64,000 nt of DNA, taken from Candidatus Latescibacterota bacterium (GTDB taxonomy: Bacteria; Latescibacterota; UBA2968; UBA8231). Position 1 is the stretch's first letter; each line of letters opens with the position of its first letter. The position numbers and the translations under genes were made by a program. Shown one piece after another: positions 19,059-29,779 of this stretch. The notes beneath the pieces were generated by a model that saw only the letters and a program-made list of their open reading frames with translations, was not told the DNA's origin and ran no database searches. The stretch is taken from positions 1,312,001-1,376,000 of the forward strand of contig CBDAOB010000004.1 in assembly GCA_965197905.1 (NCBI GenBank), in the 5' to 3' direction.

Positions 19059-20933
19059 CTACGTCCCGCTTCCGCCGCTGTATCTTCTGATCAGTGACCC
19101 CTGATCCACCTTGAGAAGGACCGAAGTCTCGTCGGCGTAGACTTCCAAGGCGGCATCCCGGAGCGAGTTTCTGACTCTGTCCAGGGTCGGACCTTGGCGT
19201 TCGACGAGCACATAGTCGAGGCGGAATCTGTTAAGTCCATCTACCAACAGAGATTTTGCGCGTTCACGCACTCCTTCGATCGAGATGATGTCATTAGTGG
19301 AGACCGATTCGGGAAGAAGCCCCGTCCCCACGAGTTGATAAAAGACGATTCGGAACCGGGCACCGTGTGGATCCTCTTGGAATCGGCTTCCCAGACGGTT
19401 GAGGTAGGATTTCTGCTCGGAATGCAAAACCAGATAATCCATACGGGTCCAATGAATCGGCAGAGTCATCACAACATCCCAAGCTCGGGCGTTGGCGCGC
19501 AGCCACCGATACGCCCCATCGAAGGGAAAATCCTCATTCTGCGGACGCATCTGCGAGGGCCGGGCTGCATAGCCAACCATTGCCAGCGCGAACAAACCGA
19601 TCGCGCCTGATCGGAGAATGGTGGATCGATCCAGTTCGAGTTTCGTTAGAAGCCAGGTCACTAGGACCAGCAGCGGCAGCAGACCCGATATCAAGACGGA
19701 ATTGTCCAGGTTGGCATAGGTCGAAACAATTCGGGGGAGATAACGAAACCAATTGAGATCTGGGTTTAGAATGAAGGTCAACCCGACCGCTAGCACGCCG
19801 ACCAGCAGGACAGTCCGCGCGCGTCCGTTGAGCCGCTCTTGCAACCTCGGAACCACGATCGAGAACCAACCCGCGAAGGCCAAGAGCTGAATGACAAGAT
19901 AGTAGTACCGGTGTGTAGAGAGTTGATGATCATTCGCAAAAACAACACGGATGTTGGCCAGAACTGGTTCGATCGTGACAAGGCCTAACACTGCGCGTTC
20001 GACAGGGCCCAGCCGACGATTCGTCAGACGGCTGACACCGAAAACGATCACCCAGATAAGAGCGCAGCAAACTGTTGACGGCCAACTGATCGATCTCGAG
20101 GCTTTCTCGCCTCCAAGGGTCAGTTCCAACCATCTGTTTTCGGCCAACAGTGAGGACAGGTAGGCCAGATGGCCGCCGGAGAGTACAGCCAGGATTCCGG
20201 CTGCGATGCCGTATCGTATCCAGTGTCGTCGGCCAGCATAGATCAGTTCCCATGCAGCCCGGAAACCCAGCAGCCAAATGCCCAGGATAGCGTAGAACGG
20301 GGAAATGAGGATCGTTGCGGTGGCGACAGCGGCCAACCAAACTCCTCTAGAGCCCGATAGGTGGCCCGGCGCCAATGCGAGACAAGCCCATAGGGCCCCG
20401 AGCCAAAGAGCATCGCCAGGTCGAGGGAAACGGAATAACGTGAACTGTGCGCTGCCCTGTACGAAGAGAGTGAGCACCAGCAACGCAAGACAGACCAACC
20501 CGGCCTCTGCTGGGCGTCCTCGCCAGAACCTCACCGCGCATAACCAGATAATCAGCCAGGTGAGGAATGGCATGCCGATCTTCCACAATGGAAAGAAAGC
20601 AAGGACCGGAATGCCCAACGCATGTGCAAGGTTTCCCATATTGATGATAGTTGGATTTGTTACGTAAGGGTTTCGTTTGCCTCTTTCTTCCGTGAAGAAC
20701 GGGTTACCGTCGCTTCTGGGAACTTGACGAACACCCTTGGCCATCGACCAATACAGGTATTCATCATCATGGCTCATCACATACCGCCAAGAGCCGGACG
20801 CGGCACGTTCCTTCCCGTAAAAGACCAGGAAACCCGCAGTGAACAGGAGGAAAACGAAGGAAACCAGCACCCAATGCGTCTTGAGCAGTCTGGAAATCCT
20901 ATGTTGTTCCACGGGGTCGAATCGGATCTTCAT
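19059..20933 (-). CDS. Polytopic membrane protein, possibly GT-C fold
   Basis: 624 aa, many TM segments, HDDEYLY acidic loop after the first helix, soluble tail ending in DYVLV-type motif. Confidence 0.55.
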   Translation of the reverse strand: MKIRFDPVEQHRISRLLKTHWVLVSFVFLLFTAGFLVFYGKERAASGSWRYVMSHDDEYLYWSMAKGVRQVPRSDGNPFFTEERGKRNPYVTNPTIINMGNLAHALGIPVLAFFPLWKIGMPFLTWLIIWLCAVRFWRGRPAEAGLVCLALLVLTLFVQGSAQFTLFRFPRPGDALWLGALWACLALAPGHLSGSRGVWLAAVATATILISPFYAILGIWLLGFRAAWELIYAGRRHWIRYGIAAGILAVLSGGHLAYLSSLLAENRWLELTLGGEKASRSISWPSTVCCALIWVIVFGVSRLTNRRLGPVERAVLGLVTIEPVLANIRVVFANDHQLSTHRYYYLVIQLLAFAGWFSIVVPRLQERLNGRARTVLLVGVLAVGLTFILNPDLNWFRYLPRIVSTYANLDNSVLISGLLPLLVLVTWLLTKLELDRSTILRSGAIGLFALAMVGYAARPSQMRPQNEDFPFDGAYRWLRANARAWDVVMTLPIHWTRMDYLVLHSEQKSYLNRLGSRFQEDPHGARFRIVFYQLVGTGLLPESVSTNDIISIEGVRERAKSLLVDGLNRFRLDYVLVERQGPTLDRVRNSLRDAALEVYADETSVLLKVDQGSLIRRYSGGSGT

Positions 20934-21022
20934 GGTATCTGGAGAAATCTCCCCGGCCTATTCGGGTCAAGTTATTCACCCCAGGCTAACAGAGAGAGGG
21001 TTGTCATTGCTAAACAGCTACC

Positions 21023-21050
21023 GAAGATGGAAGATAGAGGATTGAGGATT
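21023..21050. repeat. Heptamer tandem repeat x4
   Basis: GAAGATG GAAGATA GAGGATT GAGGATT. Confidence 0.7.
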
Positions 21051-21061
21051 GGAAAGAAGGA

Positions 21062-21290
21062 TTACGCTTTCGTGGCTTCGTGCTCGGCGAGAGCCCTTTT
21101 GAGTCTGTCCCTGCTTTCGTCGAGGTAGGTCGCGTATTCGGGAGTCCCGCAGAAGTCGTGGAGCTTCGCCCGTCTCCGGTAGGGCACGTAGTTCCCGATG
21201 TGCCAGGCGCTAGATCGGTACAGAGCGAAATCACCCGGGTTCAACCGTAGCTGAACGGCTCCCGGATGCCGCGCACATGGCTCGTCGGTA
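21062..21290 (-). pseudogene. PhyH-like dioxygenase C-terminal fragment
   Basis: PGAVQLRLNPGDFALYRSSAWHIGNY....RRAKLH. Confidence 0.5.
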
Positions 21291-21386
21291 GAGGGAGATT
21301 CCGCCCAATCTTCATCGAACTGCTCTCCAAAATCACTTTCAGCTTGTCGACAAAAAAGCTATGTTGAGATCAACAGGAGGTAGAGG

Positions 21387-22377
21387 ATGATAAACATAGG
21401 TGTATCACCCCTACGGCGATGATCACTCACGCAACATCCAGTTTTGTGGCGATGCCGACGTCCGTTTCATCATCCACAGCACCGACCTTGTTGCCGGCTC
21501 CGGAAAGATCCCTTCGGCAAACCAGTTGAAACAGCTCGTTGCGGATTATGCCGACAGTGGGGTTTGTGTGGAAGCACTTACGCCACCTCGGTTGTCGAAC
21601 CTCGCGTTCACCGACGACGCGGCGCGCGAACGGGAGCTGGACCAGTTCTGTCGCCTTTTTGACGCGATGGGCGAAGCGGGAATTCCATTGGTCCATTTCT
21701 ATCTGAATGTGACAGAGCCGATCCCCGAGGAATCTGCCGCGCGTCAGGAGGCGTGGAGCGGTATGGTGGAGGTGTATCGCGAACTCGTCCGCTCTGCGGA
21801 GAGCGCCAACGTGCGCATCTCCACGCACCACTATCACCGGCCGGATCGACTCTTGTGGAACTACAAAACGATGTCCACACTGCTGGGCGGGTTAGCCAGC
21901 CCCTGCGCCGGCGTCACCTTTTGCCAGGGAAAATCGCAAATGGCCGGCGACGATCTGGCAGCAGACATCATCAAATACGGCGACGATATATTCCTCTTCC
22001 ACTTCCGCGACATCGTCACACGACGGCTTGAACAGATGAACGACGCCATGGAACAGCGTTTCGCGGATACGGGCTATATCGAAGTGCCGTTTGGCGCAGG
22101 GGAAGTGGATATGGTGGGTTCCATGCGAGCGCTCAAACAGATCGGCTACAGAGGTACGGTCTACCCGGAGCATTACCCGGAGATCGCAGGGGATGCAGCC
22201 GCTGGTCTGGCATGGACGATTGGATACATGCGCGCGTTGGACGACGCGATACAGACACAGTGGCAGGCCGTTACCGCCCGTTATCGGTTGGCAGCGTCCG
22301 CCTTGACCATGCGTGCATCTTCGGCGAGCCCGACGGCAGACTCACGCCTTCGAGGTAAACTGCGGAGCTCAGCGTGA
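21387..22377 (+). CDS. Mannonate dehydratase (UxuA)-like TIM-barrel enzyme; probable frameshift at the start
   Basis: GVTFCQG, FHFRD, G.GEVDM...MRALKQIGY.G...PEH.P, AWTIGYMRAL; AGGAGG-ATG at 21387 is out of frame with the body (GTG 21400). Confidence 0.7.
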
Positions 22378-22392
22378 CGCCGGTAGGCCTAC

Positions 22393-22782
22393 CTACCAGA
22401 CTCCTTCCACAAACACTGCTTCATCCTCACCCGGCCATGGCGGTATGGTGACAGCCACAGCAGAAAGTCCCTCGTCGCCTGCGCGAAATTGAAAATGCGT
22501 TCCTACGGGAATCGTGAGGCTGGTTCCGACTAACAATTCTACGATCTCCTCGTTCTCACCACACCTCCGCCACATTTGACCCGATCCGGCCACACAATAC
22601 CAAACCTCGTCGACTGTTCGGTGCGTGATCGCTTTCGATACGACGTCCGGCCCGAGCTCGAAATGCGCCATGCTTCCGCGTTCTGTGCCGACCAGTATGC
22701 GCACATCGCTGCCGTCCGGCGCCTGAACATCCGGTCCATAGGGTAGTTGCTTCGTCTCGAAACTCAACCTGGCTCCTCTCAA
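22393..22782 (-). CDS. Cupin domain protein
   Basis: HRTVDEVWY..AGSG, IPVGTHFQFR. Confidence 0.8.
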   Translation of the reverse strand: MRGARLSFETKQLPYGPDVQAPDGSDVRILVGTERGSMAHFELGPDVVSKAITHRTVDEVWYCVAGSGQMWRRCGENEEIVELLVGTSLTIPVGTHFQFRAGDEGLSAVAVTIPPWPGEDEAVFVEGVW

Positions 22783-22824
22783 CTCCTGGCCCGCCGACTC
22801 GCCTGATGCTTCTTCAGCTGTAGC

Positions 22825-24048
22825 TCAGCCATTCACCTGACCGGCCACGAAAGGTGTGCGCGGAAATTCCATGAGTTTTTCCGTCCCTTTTGCGCTGACG
22901 TGGCACACATCCCCCAGCGGCACGAACATCTTGCCCGACTCGGGCAGCTCGTAGGAGGCGTGGACCACGAAGGTCATGCCCGGCTCGATCGGGGTTGCGG
23001 TCGTTTCGGCTAAAGCCGGCAGCTCGGCGTAGTCCATGCCCATGCCGTGGCCGTAGCGGCCGCCCTGGATCCCCAGGCCCCGCGGCTCGGCATGGGCGCG
23101 AATGGCCCGGCCAATGGCGCCGATGGGCACGCCGGTTTTGATCTCGGCTAGCCCGGTGTCCTGGGCTTCCCGGGCCAGGGTGCACAACTGGTCCAGCTCG
23201 CGGGAAGGCCGGACCAGCGTGCCGGTGCGGTGGCCGTGGCACCAATAGCCCTTGTAGAGCACGTAGGAGCACGAGGCCATCAGATCACCCTCCTGCAGCA
23301 CGCGCTCGTGGGGCTTGAGGTCCAGCCGGGTGCTTGCCCAGTCGGGCGGCGGGCCCGAGGCCATCCAGTATTTGGCGTGGTCGGCGGCCTGGAGGCGGAC
23401 GGCGCGCTCTATTTCGGCGACAAGCTCGATGCCCTGCATGCCGGGGCGGGCGACCTCGAGCATGGTTTGGAAGCCCAGATCGCTCAAGCGCGCCGCCTGC
23501 CGCATGAGGGCGACCTCGGCAGGGCTTTTGATCGCGCGCAGTTGGGCGACGATATCGGGGATGCGCGCGAAATGGGAGCCCAGTTCGCGGGCGAGGGTTT
23601 CGTAGAAGGGCGCCGACATATGGTCGATCCCAACCACACCGACCCCTTTGCCGTCGAGGCCGTTGTCGCCCAAGTGGGCCCGGGTCTGGCCAGCGAAGGT
23701 GCGGGGGGCGCGGTCCTCGCCGATGGCAGCCACCGCGTGGGGATCCACCGCCTCAACCAGGCGCAGATCGCGGATGCAGGAGACCTCGGCGATCTGCTCC
23801 AGCATATAGGGCATGCCAGCCAATAACAAGGCTGGCTCGCCCCTAGCGGGGACGACTACCGCCGAGTCGACGATGCGGTCGTGATTGTCCCAGCCAGAGA
23901 GGTAGGACACGTGCCCGGTTTGGCCCCACTTGTGCTCTTTGGGCGGCGAGTAGGCCAGAAGGCCGCCCAGGTCCTGCTCCTGGAGGAAGGCCTGCACCCG
24001 GGTCCAGCGTTGTGCGAATTCCGCGGGACTGCATCTTTCGACGGCCAT
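22825..24048 (-). CDS. M24 (Xaa-Pro peptidase/creatinase) family hydrolase
   Basis: RBS GGAGGTG; creatinase-type N-domain, LRAIKSPAEVALMRQAA, GHGMGM, IEPGMTF. Confidence 0.82.
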   Translation of the reverse strand: MAVERCSPAEFAQRWTRVQAFLQEQDLGGLLAYSPPKEHKWGQTGHVSYLSGWDNHDRIVDSAVVVPARGEPALLLAGMPYMLEQIAEVSCIRDLRLVEAVDPHAVAAIGEDRAPRTFAGQTRAHLGDNGLDGKGVGVVGIDHMSAPFYETLARELGSHFARIPDIVAQLRAIKSPAEVALMRQAARLSDLGFQTMLEVARPGMQGIELVAEIERAVRLQAADHAKYWMASGPPPDWASTRLDLKPHERVLQEGDLMASCSYVLYKGYWCHGHRTGTLVRPSRELDQLCTLAREAQDTGLAEIKTGVPIGAIGRAIRAHAEPRGLGIQGGRYGHGMGMDYAELPALAETTATPIEPGMTFVVHASYELPESGKMFVPLGDVCHVSAKGTEKLMEFPRTPFVAGQVNG

Positions 24049-24194
24049 GATCACCTCCGTCCCCTGTCTGTTGGCACTGCGTTTCGTAGTCCTTAGGTAG
24101 GTATTGGAAAGGTCTGGGAGCACTACACGCGGCGGATGGACATTTTAGCGACAATCGCGGAACAAAGTGACCTACCAAAGGCCGGCTTCAGACA

Positions 24195-24545
24195 CTAGTT
24201 CGTGGTGATCCGAGCAGGTTCCACGTCGAGGACGGCCTTCGAATCTATGTAGTGAGCGATCGGTGTGCAGAATCCGTAGGATAGCGCCATGCCCCAGAAC
24301 GTTCCGAGAAGCGACAGGGCGTTTCCCCGAAGGACATCTGCGTTGGAAAAAGTTGTCGAATCTGCGATTGCCCCCATCACTACCGATCCCAGAATATCAA
24401 TGAGTATTCCGACGCCAATGGATGCCGAGGCCGCCCTTCTCCAGACCTCGGCTGCAAACGACCGCTCCTCTTCGGTCAGCCCTCGGCTGCGTCGCCCCGA
24501 GCTCGTCCATCTTGTAAGCTTGGAAGCTAGTGTCCGGATGTCCAC
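24195..24545 (-). CDS. Hypothetical small membrane protein or fragment
   Basis: 116-aa ORF with two hydrophobic segments; no recognised family. Confidence 0.3.
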   Translation of the reverse strand: MDIRTLASKLTRWTSSGRRSRGLTEEERSFAAEVWRRAASASIGVGILIDILGSVVMGAIADSTTFSNADVLRGNALSLLGTFWGMALSYGFCTPIAHYIDSKAVLDVEPARITTN

Positions 24546-24569
24546 GCTGCAACGGTGACGAATTCACAA

Positions 24570-24663
24570 TGGGGAACGCCTGGCTGCCAATGGCCGCAGT
24601 GAGAACCGGATGCTGCATGTCGTAGAAGTGAACGTGAGCATCGACGAACTCTAGGTTCTCCAC
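24570..24663 (-). pseudogene. Amidohydrolase_2 N-terminal fragment
   Basis: RBS AAGGAG, GTG start, ENLEFVDAHVHFYD. Confidence 0.55.
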
Positions 24664-24788
24664 AGAGTACTCCTTCTTGGGTGCTGACGCGTTTTTCGCT
24701 TGACCGTCCTGGCGAAATGCCCAGGTTTTCAAACCTGGACTCCTTTGCACGAGCCGTCGTCATGATGAAAATCGTATGAGAGGTCGAT

Positions 24789-27700
24789 ATGAGTCGACGT
24801 GATCTTTATTGGATCGTTCTGCTTGCGGTTCTCGGGCTCACGGGATTGGGTACCTACCTCCACTACTACGATGTCGCCTTTCCGATTGCCTCTCTCGATT
24901 TCAAATTGAGCCGCGACGAAGCGCTCGCGAAGGCGCAGGATTACGTGGAAAGGATAGGCCACCGGACAGACGAGTACATGAAGGTTCAGGCCTTCTCCCA
25001 TGACCGCGAAGGTCAGATTTTCCTAGAGCAGACCCTGGAACTGGAAGAGACCAACCGGCTGGCGCGGGAGTGGGTGTCCGTCTGGTTCTGGAAGGTGCGG
25101 TGGTTCAAGCCGCTCGAAAAAGAGGAGCTTCGAGTCCATCTGGATCCAGGTGGTCGCATCGTCAACTTCCAACATCTGATCCTCGAGTCAGCGGAGGGGG
25201 CGAAGCTGGTTCAGGACGATGCCCTGCCGATAGCCGATCGATTCCTTCTGGCAACGCAGGGGTTCGTTTTGAGCGACTACGAGCTGATCGAGCGTTCCAG
25301 TGAGGCGCGTCAGGCTCGGACCGACCACACTTTTACCTACAGAAGGAAGGGGTTTGAGGTGGGGGAGGACGGGCACTATCGAGTGGAGGTCGTGGTCCAG
25401 GGGGATCGGGTCGGTTCGTTCAAGGAATACATAAAGGTGCCTGAGACCTTCAGCCGGCACTACAAAGAGGTTCGTTCCAGAGCGAGCTTACTAACAAACG
25501 TGGCCGGCGTCTTCTGGTTCGTTCTGGGGGCCATGATGCTGGTGGTGCTGGTGCAAAAACACCGACAAAACGCCCTTCACTGGAAGACTGGCCTAATCGT
25601 GGGTGGCGTAGTGTTGGTCGCAACTGCCATCGGACAGGTGAATTCTCTGCCTCTGGTCCGCTTCGGCTACGATACGACCCAGTCCTATAACTCCTTCATC
25701 GTAATGTTCCTCGGTTTCGGGCTTATCGGCGCTGCCTACTCGGGTGGGATCATCTGTCTCGCGGGTACGTCGGCGGGGGCGCTGGGCCGCGAGGTCCTGT
25801 TCGCCGGCCGGCGCAGTCCGTTTGGACACCTGGTCCTGAAACGGATGTTCTCAGGCGGCTTTATGCGCTCGATCTTCGTAGGATACGGCCTCGCGTTCAC
25901 GCAGCTGGGTTTCCTGACCCTGTTCTACATCGTGGGGTCGCGTTATTTCGGCGTCTGGTCCCCGGCCGCTGTGATCGACTACGACAACACCTTCAGCACC
26001 GTCCTCCCCTGGATCTATCCACTTCTGGTCGGCCTGGTGGCCGCCACCATGGAGGAGTTCTTCTTCCGGCTGCTGGCGATATCGCTGTTGCTAAAGTGGC
26101 TGGGAAAGCGGTGGCTCGCCGTCCTGTTCCCGGCGGTGGTCTGGGGGTTTCTACATTCGAACTATCCCATAGAGCCGATCTACACCCGAGGTGTCGAGCT
26201 CACCTTGGTGGGCGTGCTCCTGGGCGTGGTTTTTCTGCGCTTCGGGATTTGGTCGACGATCATCTCCCACTATGTCTATAACGCCTTCGTGGTCGCATTT
26301 CCGATGCTGAAATCGTCCAGCCTCTATTTCCAGGTCTCGGGCGCCGTCGTGGTCGGCGTGTTGCTTCTACTCGCCGTTCCGGCGCTGTTCGGGCTCGTCA
26401 CCGGACGGTATCGGCAGGTCGAGGAGGAGGAAGAAGAGCAGGTTGCCCAAGAGGTTCAGGATAAACCAACACCGTTCGTTGCGGCTGAAACAACAGGGCC
26501 GCACGCGGATAAAACCGTCGATGCCTACCGGCTCGTCCGGAATAAACGGCTGCTCGGAGGACTGTTTGCACTGGTTGGGGTCGGTCTCCTGGCTGGGTTA
26601 CCGGTCGTGCAATTCGGGGAGCGAACCCTAGATCTCTCCGTAACCCGCCAGGAAGCGGTCGAAGCCGCGGCGGAATTCTGCCGGGACCTGGGGCTTGACC
26701 TGGCAAGGTACCGCCGATCCTCCTGGTTCGAGAGCAGTCTGGAGTCGGATCAGTATGTCCATCTGGTTCGCAATGCCGACCTCGCCCATGCCGATACCCT
26801 AGCTTCGGAGGAAACAAATCCCTGGCTCTGGCATGTCCGCTGGATCAAAGCGGAGGAAAAGGAGGAGATCGAGGTCGGGATAGATGCGACAGGCCGAGTG
26901 GTGCGGCTTGATCACCAGATTCCAGAGAACCAGGCCGGCCCACAGCTGGATGCCGACGAAGCCAGGAAAAAAGTCGAGAGGTTCGTTGAGGAAAGATTCG
27001 GACACTCGGTGGCGGACGGCTCCAAGTACAAACTGCTGGAGGAGCGCTCGGAGAAGCGAAAGGAACGCGTCGACCACCACTTCGTCTGGGAGCGGATCGA
27101 TCGAAAGGTTGCCGACGGCGAATTTCGCACCATAGCACGCCTGCAAGGTGAAGACGTCGGGCAAGTCGAACGAGAGTACAAGGCTCCAGAAGAGTTTATT
27201 CGAAAACTGCGGCAACAGGACGTAAAGGATGTGATTGTTTTCATACTCATGGCTCTTCTGATTCTGGCGACGCTGGTACTGGGGGGGATCTACTTCTTCC
27301 AAGCTTCCAAGGCTGGCCAGCTCACTTGGCGTCTGCCCATACGGATCGGTGTCTTGTTGGCAGCGCTGCAGTTGGTCGACCGGGTCAATGGGTTGCCAGA
27401 ATTTTTCCGTGACTACGATACCAGTCAGGCGATGTGGACCTTCCTAGGCATGGAAGCCGTCGGCCTGATGGTGGGCGTGGCATTCACCGGGCTTGCCGCC
27501 GCGATAGTGACAGCACTGGCTCTGGCTCTCTTCCGACAGTTGCATTCGCAGGAGATGGAACCCGATCAATGGATTGGGCAGGTGCCCTCCGGTGGCCACC
27601 GACTGTGGCTGGAAACCCTGCTTCTTGTGGCGGCCCTGATCCTTGTAGACATGGGAGCGGACCGCTTGCAGCTTTTCGTGAAGTACCAATGGTTGACTGA

Positions 27701-28187
27701 GTACCTCAGGCCGGAACACCTGTCGCCCCCTTATCTGAACGGCTATCTGCCGCTATTGGAAGGGGTTAGTGGCGCGCTGAGTGGCGTCCTCGCCCTCTTC
27801 CCGCTCCTGGGAATCTTCTTGATCTGGCAGCGCGCGCTCGTCCGAAGCTGGGTGCTGATCCTCGGGATGGCCGTGGTTTTGGTAATGTTGGCGGTGGTCC
27901 CGGCCGACGATCTATACCACTTCGGTCTTCTGGCCGGGTTGGGACTGATTGAGCTGGCGGCCATGCTCTTCCTAATCGTGCGGCTGGTGCGCTTCAACCT
28001 TTTGGTCTATGCGATATTTCTGTGGGCGGGGCATCTTATTGGCGAGGGCTGGACCTTGACGCAGACGGCGGATCTATTTTATCAGCTCAATGGCGTGGCG
28101 TTGCTGGCGTTTGGCCTGGCGCCGTTGGTCATGCCACTGTTCGCCTATTTCAGAGAAGGACAAGAGGGCGTCAGTTCTCCACCGTGA
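24789..28187 (+). CDS. CPBP (Abi/CAAX) intramembrane glutamic protease within an internally duplicated 1132-aa membrane protein
   Basis: EEFFFR, WGFLH, HYVYN motifs; two homologous extracytoplasmic+TM units. Confidence 0.82.
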   Translation: MSRRDLYWIVLLAVLGLTGLGTYLHYYDVAFPIASLDFKLSRDEALAKAQDYVERIGHRTDEYMKVQAFSHDREGQIFLEQTLELEETNRLAREWVSVWFWKVRWFKPLEKEELRVHLDPGGRIVNFQHLILESAEGAKLVQDDALPIADRFLLATQGFVLSDYELIERSSEARQARTDHTFTYRRKGFEVGEDGHYRVEVVVQGDRVGSFKEYIKVPETFSRHYKEVRSRASLLTNVAGVFWFVLGAMMLVVLVQKHRQNALHWKTGLIVGGVVLVATAIGQVNSLPLVRFGYDTTQSYNSFIVMFLGFGLIGAAYSGGIICLAGTSAGALGREVLFAGRRSPFGHLVLKRMFSGGFMRSIFVGYGLAFTQLGFLTLFYIVGSRYFGVWSPAAVIDYDNTFSTVLPWIYPLLVGLVAATMEEFFFRLLAISLLLKWLGKRWLAVLFPAVVWGFLHSNYPIEPIYTRGVELTLVGVLLGVVFLRFGIWSTIISHYVYNAFVVAFPMLKSSSLYFQVSGAVVVGVLLLLAVPALFGLVTGRYRQVEEEEEEQVAQEVQDKPTPFVAAETTGPHADKTVDAYRLVRNKRLLGGLFALVGVGLLAGLPVVQFGERTLDLSVTRQEAVEAAAEFCRDLGLDLARYRRSSWFESSLESDQYVHLVRNADLAHADTLASEETNPWLWHVRWIKAEEKEEIEVGIDATGRVVRLDHQIPENQAGPQLDADEARKKVERFVEERFGHSVADGSKYKLLEERSEKRKERVDHHFVWERIDRKVADGEFRTIARLQGEDVGQVEREYKAPEEFIRKLRQQDVKDVIVFILMALLILATLVLGGIYFFQASKAGQLTWRLPIRIGVLLAALQLVDRVNGLPEFFRDYDTSQAMWTFLGMEAVGLMVGVAFTGLAAAIVTALALALFRQLHSQEMEPDQWIGQVPSGGHRLWLETLLLVAALILVDMGADRLQLFVKYQWLTEYLRPEHLSPPYLNGYLPLLEGVSGALSGVLALFPLLGIFLIWQRALVRSWVLILGMAVVLVMLAVVPADDLYHFGLLAGLGLIELAAMLFLIVRLVRFNLLVYAIFLWAGHLIGEGWTLTQTADLFYQLNGVALLAFGLAPLVMPLFAYFREGQEGVSSPP

Positions 28188-28585
28188 CCTTCGCCTTGCG
28201 TGCGGGACGCTCATGGAGATGTCCGCCGGTGCCCGGCAGGGCCATGCCCAGGCGAATCGTCGCCTTCTCCTCTTTGGGGAAGATGTGGTGGAACGTCATG
28301 GCGGGTACATAGATGAAGTCACCGGCCCTGGCGTGAAACGGGATCGTCTTCGCGGCCCTCGATGATCCAGTCGATTTCCCCTTCGAGCACAACCCACCAC
28401 TCGTCGTAGTTGTGACAGTGCCAGTCGTTCTTGTCAAATCCAGGCGGCTGACAGATGACGTTGCCGGCGATGTGGTCTGATACGACGATCCGGCGAGACC
28501 AAGGAGCGGGACCGAGCTCCTGCTTCATCTGTTCGAGGCCGATCTGGTTGAGGGTACTGCTGAGAACCGGATTGTCCAATGGCAT
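28171..28585 (-). pseudogene. Cupin protein with frameshift near 28335
   Basis: WHCHNYDEWWVVLEGE, then ARAGDFIYVPAMTFHHI in another frame. Confidence 0.75.
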
Positions 28586-28618
28586 AAGAATCTCCTGCTG
28601 GTGGATACTCGTCCTTCG

Positions 28619-29779
28619 TCAATGCACTTCGGCGATCAACGACTTGAGCTTCTCCTCGTCGTACTCGGCGCCCCACCCCGGCAGGTCGTTGGGCGCGATG
28701 TGACCGTCGACGATGAGGGGGGCGTTCGCCACTCCCCATTGCTCACCCCACTTGCGCAAGCCGTCGCTGCCCTGATGGAAATACTCGTAATAGTCGTTGT
28801 TGTCGATGCAGCAGCCAAGGCGGGCATGGACATGGCCGAAGAGACCGCCGGGCCCGGCGATTTCCACCTGGGTGTCGTGCATCTCAGCGAGGTGGGCGAG
28901 CTTGAGCACGGATGTGACGCCCGCGGCTATGGCGTCGGCACGCACGTAGTCGGTGGCCCCCTGTTTGAGCCACTCGGCGGTGATGCCGACATCGTGCATG
29001 AGGTTCTCCGTGGACATGACGGGCATGTCGAGGGCGTCGCAGAGCTTCTGGTAAGAGCTCATCTTGGCTTCGTACATCGGCTCCTCGAGCCAGATGAAAT
29101 CCAGCTGCTCCATCAGGCGGCCGACCTCGATCGCCTCGCGCAGGTCGTAGGAGCAGACCGGATCGTTGATGAGGTCGTAGTCCGGTCCGACGACTTCGCG
29201 GGTCTTCTCCAGGATCGGCATGTCTGCCTTGCCGCCCTTGTAGGTGTGGAACTTGTAGGCGTTGACGCCGAACTCCTTGCCATGCTCGATGGTGTCGAGG
29301 TAATCCTGCAGGGAGGGGCCTGAACTGGTCAGGTAGACGGGAAAACGGTCGCGCACCTTGCCGATCAGAGCGTGCACGGGAAGGCCGGCCACTTTGCCGG
29401 CGATATCCCAGAGGCAGGTGTCGAGATCGCCGTGCCATCCCTGTTTCTGCCGCAGCCATCGCGTGCCCTTGAACAGCATTTGCCAGATGCGCTCGCGATG
29501 CATCGGGTCTTCGCCGACGACGTGGGCACGCAGTAGTGGAATCTGGGCGGGACCCAGCGTGGATGTGCAACGGCCGGTGATTCCCTCGTCGGTGTGGACT
29601 TCGAGGAAGCTGTGGCGGGGTCTGGTCGGCGGGCCAACCGCTTTCTTCTTGTTGGGGACCGGTCCCGCCGACCACTGAATACGGCGCAGGTTCGGAACCT
29701 GACCCAGCCTCGGCAGGGGAGCAGGCTGCGGCTCTCCGGGCTGTTCGAGAATGAGCAGCTTGATATCGGTGATTTTCAT
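28619..29779 (-). CDS. Mandelate racemase/muconate lactonising enzyme (enolase superfamily)
   Basis: LWDIAGKVAGLPVHALIG, YKFH, INDP, WLEEP, TE metal ligands. Confidence 0.88.
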   Translation of the reverse strand: MKITDIKLLILEQPGEPQPAPLPRLGQVPNLRRIQWSAGPVPNKKKAVGPPTRPRHSFLEVHTDEGITGRCTSTLGPAQIPLLRAHVVGEDPMHRERIWQMLFKGTRWLRQKQGWHGDLDTCLWDIAGKVAGLPVHALIGKVRDRFPVYLTSSGPSLQDYLDTIEHGKEFGVNAYKFHTYKGGKADMPILEKTREVVGPDYDLINDPVCSYDLREAIEVGRLMEQLDFIWLEEPMYEAKMSSYQKLCDALDMPVMSTENLMHDVGITAEWLKQGATDYVRADAIAAGVTSVLKLAHLAEMHDTQVEIAGPGGLFGHVHARLGCCIDNNDYYEYFHQGSDGLRKWGEQWGVANAPLIVDGHIAPNDLPGWGAEYDEEKLKSLIAEVH

